A stretch of 64,000 bases of DNA, from positions 1,728,001 to 1,792,000 of the forward strand of contig OY764265.1 of assembly GCA_963668355.1 (NCBI GenBank), written 5' to 3'. This document shows, piece by piece, positions 61,190-64,000 of this stretch. A model generated the notes under the pieces. The model saw nothing but the letters and a program-made list of their open reading frames with translations. It made no database searches and was not told where the DNA came from. Within the stretch, counting starts at the first letter, position 1; each line of letters begins with the position of its first letter. The stretch is from Bdellovibrionota bacterium. Lineage in GTDB: Bacteria; Bdellovibrionota_G; JALEGL01; DATDPG01. A program made the position numbers and the translations under genes.

Positions 61190-61624
61190 ATGAAAAAATC
61201 CATCATTGTTTTTAGCGTTTTTTTTGGACTGATTGGACTGGTCGGTTGTGGTTCAGAGAGTGATCAAGCGAAGCAAGAAGTTATCTCTGATGCTCAATTG
61301 GCCAAACTGAGTGAAGATTTTGATTTTATTGCCGTGGGAGAAATGGAAACCACGTATGCCGAGGTCGGTTGTGGAAAAACATCTTCTCAGACTTTTGTAA
61401 TGGTACCAAGAGGCGAGTCAGCCGTTTTTGCTGCGGGAGGTGGCGAAGAAGTTACGATAACATGTACGGGCACATGCAATTCGAATGGCCCCAACGGGTG
61501 CTATACTGGTGGTTGTGATCCTCAAAATGGTGGTTGCACTCCAGTACATTGCAGCGGAGAAGGGTGCGCAGGTGGCTCCTGCTCTCGCACGGTCAGTGGA
61601 AAAATTGCCATGCAAATGATGTAG
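61190..61624 (+). CDS. Small lipoprotein with Cys-rich C-terminal domain
   Basis: GAGG SD; LVGC lipobox; eight Cys in the last ~50 aa. Confidence 0.8.
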   Translation: MKKSIIVFSVFFGLIGLVGCGSESDQAKQEVISDAQLAKLSEDFDFIAVGEMETTYAEVGCGKTSSQTFVMVPRGESAVFAAGGGEEVTITCTGTCNSNGPNGCYTGGCDPQNGGCTPVHCSGEGCAGGSCSRTVSGKIAMQMM

Positions 61625-61649
61625 TTCTGGCTACTTCGAAATAATATTT

Positions 61650-61696
61650 AAGGGCACGATCCTTCAAGATACTTGGGAGCATCGTGCCCTTTTTTT
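61650..61696 (+). terminator. Rho-independent terminator
   Basis: AAGGGCACGAT...ATCGTGCCCTT followed by a T run, between convergent genes. Confidence 0.75.
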
Positions 61697-61703
61697 GTTT
61701 CAT

Positions 61704-63284
61704 TCAATCATTCGAGAAAAGAATGAGGTTGGGGATGTCCTCGTATTCAATGAATACCGGTGTCATTTCAACCTTTTCTGGATCAAATGGCTTTTCATGA
61801 TAAGCGTGGCCGATTCCGTCATTCACTCGGTAAGAAAAAATCCCTTGGGGAGTTCGAACTCGGACGGTCAGCAGCTGAGGGCAATTGGAAACCAACTCTT
61901 TTTTCTTTCCGAACAATCGTCCCCAAGTTGGAGATTTTATGGCCAACTTGCAGGGACCGAAGAGGGAGGGTTCGACGGACAGGGCGTTTTTAACGCGTTC
62001 GGTTTCGATTTCTGCCGGACTCTCAAAAGCCGAAGCGGATCGATGTTTATACGTGGGTGATCCGTCGTCTTTGCCCGTGTAGGCTCGGAGGACCAAAAGA
62101 ACTTCGTTCCAACAGACTTCACAAAAGGGTGTGGATCCCGCATTCTTTTTCATCAAACAAGGGCCATCCAGGCAATACTGGCCGCTTCTTCGTGAGTAAG
62201 CCCCTTGGGCACTGGGAGATAAGAGGTTTTGCGCTGCAGCGTGACCCCATTTTGAATGGTTGGGGTCGGTGGAAATCGTTAAGTTCGCATTCCACGGTTC
62301 CTCCGTTTTTAACTTGGGTTCCACGTCGTATCCATAGTCATCTGCATGCGAACTGGATCGGGAAAACTGATATTCATCCCCCAGATTGGCCAATTGATGC
62401 CCGAATTCATGAACGATGGGATCTTGATCCTCAAAAAGAGGGTCTTCGCGAAAGATGATGATGTCGTCTGCACAGGCTCTCCAACCGGTGAAAATGAATC
62501 CTTTGCTGGCGTTCTTGTATTGTTCTTCGGGCTCGTCATAGATGTAAAAGGCAAAATCAAAGGGAATGCCCGAGAGGTAATTTGAGATTTTATGCCAGTC
62601 CACATCCAAAGCTCCTCGGCTGGGAAGGCCAGAAACAACCTCTGTTCGCGCGTTCTCGGTATCCAAACGGTAAAAATTGAAATGCGTTCGGACATAAGGG
62701 GCTAGCTGAGGATGAAGGAAAAAAGCTTCAATGATGCGTTCCACCGATTCTTCGTAAGTGTGTCTTAGCCGACTTCCATGTTGAGGAAAAATGGCAATGT
62801 CGATGCAGCGTTTGTGATCTTGGCAAGCCGAGCCTTCTTGTACCAATGAAAACGAAAAGGGAGATGGAGGTTCAAGTTTCGCTTCTTCCGGCCGAAGAAA
62901 AAAGGTCTTTAACGCTATAAATCCAGAATACGACACTCTTTTGTGGATGGTTACTGAAAAGGGCTCGGATGGAAGAGGAAAGACGATGGAGATTTTTCCT
63001 TCGCGCGCATAGGTGCCCTGAAAAATCGTTTGTTGATCAGAAAGGGTTTCAACTGTGTAACGATATTCGCGGGTTTGTGTGAGAGACATTTTTCGAATGA
63101 AGGGAGTCGTGGCTGGAGCTCTGCGCACAAAAAAATTAGAAATGCGAAAATTGTGGGCACTTCCTTGAATGTCATGAAAAAAGTCCAACCGCGCATCCGG
63201 AGCATGCTCGATGGAGAAGGCATTCGAAATAGCTGCAAACCCAAAAGCAAGGAAGATGAAAATGACTTTCCACAATGTGTTCAT
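61704..63284 (-). CDS. Secreted M64 family metallopeptidase
   Basis: Signal peptide; VHEFGHQLANLGDEY zinc motif; CLM...PFCEVC; GGAGA SD before ATG 63284. Confidence 0.8.
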   Translation of the reverse strand: MNTLWKVIFIFLAFGFAAISNAFSIEHAPDARLDFFHDIQGSAHNFRISNFFVRRAPATTPFIRKMSLTQTREYRYTVETLSDQQTIFQGTYAREGKISIVFPLPSEPFSVTIHKRVSYSGFIALKTFFLRPEEAKLEPPSPFSFSLVQEGSACQDHKRCIDIAIFPQHGSRLRHTYEESVERIIEAFFLHPQLAPYVRTHFNFYRLDTENARTEVVSGLPSRGALDVDWHKISNYLSGIPFDFAFYIYDEPEEQYKNASKGFIFTGWRACADDIIIFREDPLFEDQDPIVHEFGHQLANLGDEYQFSRSSSHADDYGYDVEPKLKTEEPWNANLTISTDPNHSKWGHAAAQNLLSPSAQGAYSRRSGQYCLDGPCLMKKNAGSTPFCEVCWNEVLLVLRAYTGKDDGSPTYKHRSASAFESPAEIETERVKNALSVEPSLFGPCKLAIKSPTWGRLFGKKKELVSNCPQLLTVRVRTPQGIFSYRVNDGIGHAYHEKPFDPEKVEMTPVFIEYEDIPNLILFSND

Positions 63285-63307
63285 AACTTTCTCCAATGCT
63301 CGGATAA

Positions 63308-63412
63308 AGCAATAGCCATGCCGAGAGAAACGCGCTTAACCTGTTGAAAATACACGATAAAAACTATCCTTTGGGTTGTTTTGCTGAGACATGTTTTCCT
63401 TCTGAGACATGT
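63308..63412 (-). promoter_or_regulatory. Putative sigma54 promoter with upstream tandem activator sites
   Basis: Minus strand CGGCATGGCTATTGCT (63308-63323); direct repeat CTGAGACATGT at 63384-63394 and 63402-63412. Confidence 0.6.
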
Positions 63413-63547
63413 CTTTTCCATATGGGCCTGTTTTTAAACCCGTTTGGCCCATTTAGGGAATCGAAATAAATTGAAATAATCTCAATGGCTTACTGATCTG
63501 AATTAGTCCAACTTCTCCAATAAATAGGCTACTCTATGGTCCGTCGT

Positions 63548-64000
63548 ATGAATATTTGTGTTGTGACATCGGATTTTTACCCGTCCATAGGGGGAATGGA
63601 ACAGCATGTTCAAGAGTTGTATCGGCAGATGGTTGAATGTGGACATCGTGTTCGAGTCATTCATTTGAGTCGTTCTCCTATCCCTCATCCCATTTCCAAG
63701 TTGGGTAACTTGGAGGTGACTCAACGCTCCATGCCTCTGGGGAAGTGGGGAAAGAATATCTTCCAATATTGGAATGTTCTATTTCATCTCATTCAGGATG
63801 AATATCAACAAAGGCCTTTTGACGTTATCCATTGGCACGACCTTCTTTCTGGTGTTTCGGTTCGAAGGTTTTGTCGCCAACACCCGGAAATTTTAAGGGC
63901 ATTTACCAATCATAGTTCGGGATATCTTCGATTGAGGAAGCGCTTTTTTTCCAAAAAATTTTTTCAATATGCCATCAATCATGCAAATTTGATTCTAGCC
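63548..64000 (+). CDS. GT4 family glycosyltransferase, runs off window end
   Basis: Not in the ORF track. Hand translation gives MNICVVTSDFYPSIGGMEQHV...GHRVRVI...DVIHWH...FTNHS. Confidence 0.85.
   Translation, partial: MNICVVTSDFYPSIGGMEQHVQELYRQMVECGHRVRVIHLSRSPIPHPISKLGNLEVTQRSMPLGKWGKNIFQYWNVLFHLIQDEYQQRPFDVIHWHDLLSGVSVRRFCRQHPEILRAFTNHSSGYLRLRKRFFSKKFFQYAINHANLILA

Overview
Gene-dense bacterial chromosomal window of moderate GC. The gene content (FHA-associated Tad pilus locus, PEGA/TPR proteins, MYXO-CTERM-like sorting tags, long S41 protease, PilZ proteins, several sigma54-type promoters) points by inference to a Bdellovibrionota/Myxococcota-like, possibly predatory, organism. In order: a Tad/Flp pilus locus with three membrane FHA proteins (1-8.5 kb); three paralogous PEGA proteins around a glycosylation cassette (8.8-16.8 kb); two orphan lipoproteins; hpnCDE; a class II aldolase; an ArcE-like arginine synthetase facing arcB-arcC; two PilZ genes; plsB; an ldcA-serine hydrolase-mpl peptidoglycan-recycling operon; a stand-alone mreB; an S41 protease; tRNA-Gly, -His and -Arg with accessory genes and structured repeats; a small islet holding a signal-peptide-bearing histidine-kinase-like protein and two gene fragments; a 3309-aa adhesin fused through an internal sorting tag and second signal peptide to an OmpA-type outer-membrane protein; then a methyltransferase, a Cys-rich lipoprotein, an M64 peptidase and a truncated GT4. 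No CRISPR array, rRNA, integrase or transposase was seen. All assignments come from motif reading by eye; no searches were run.
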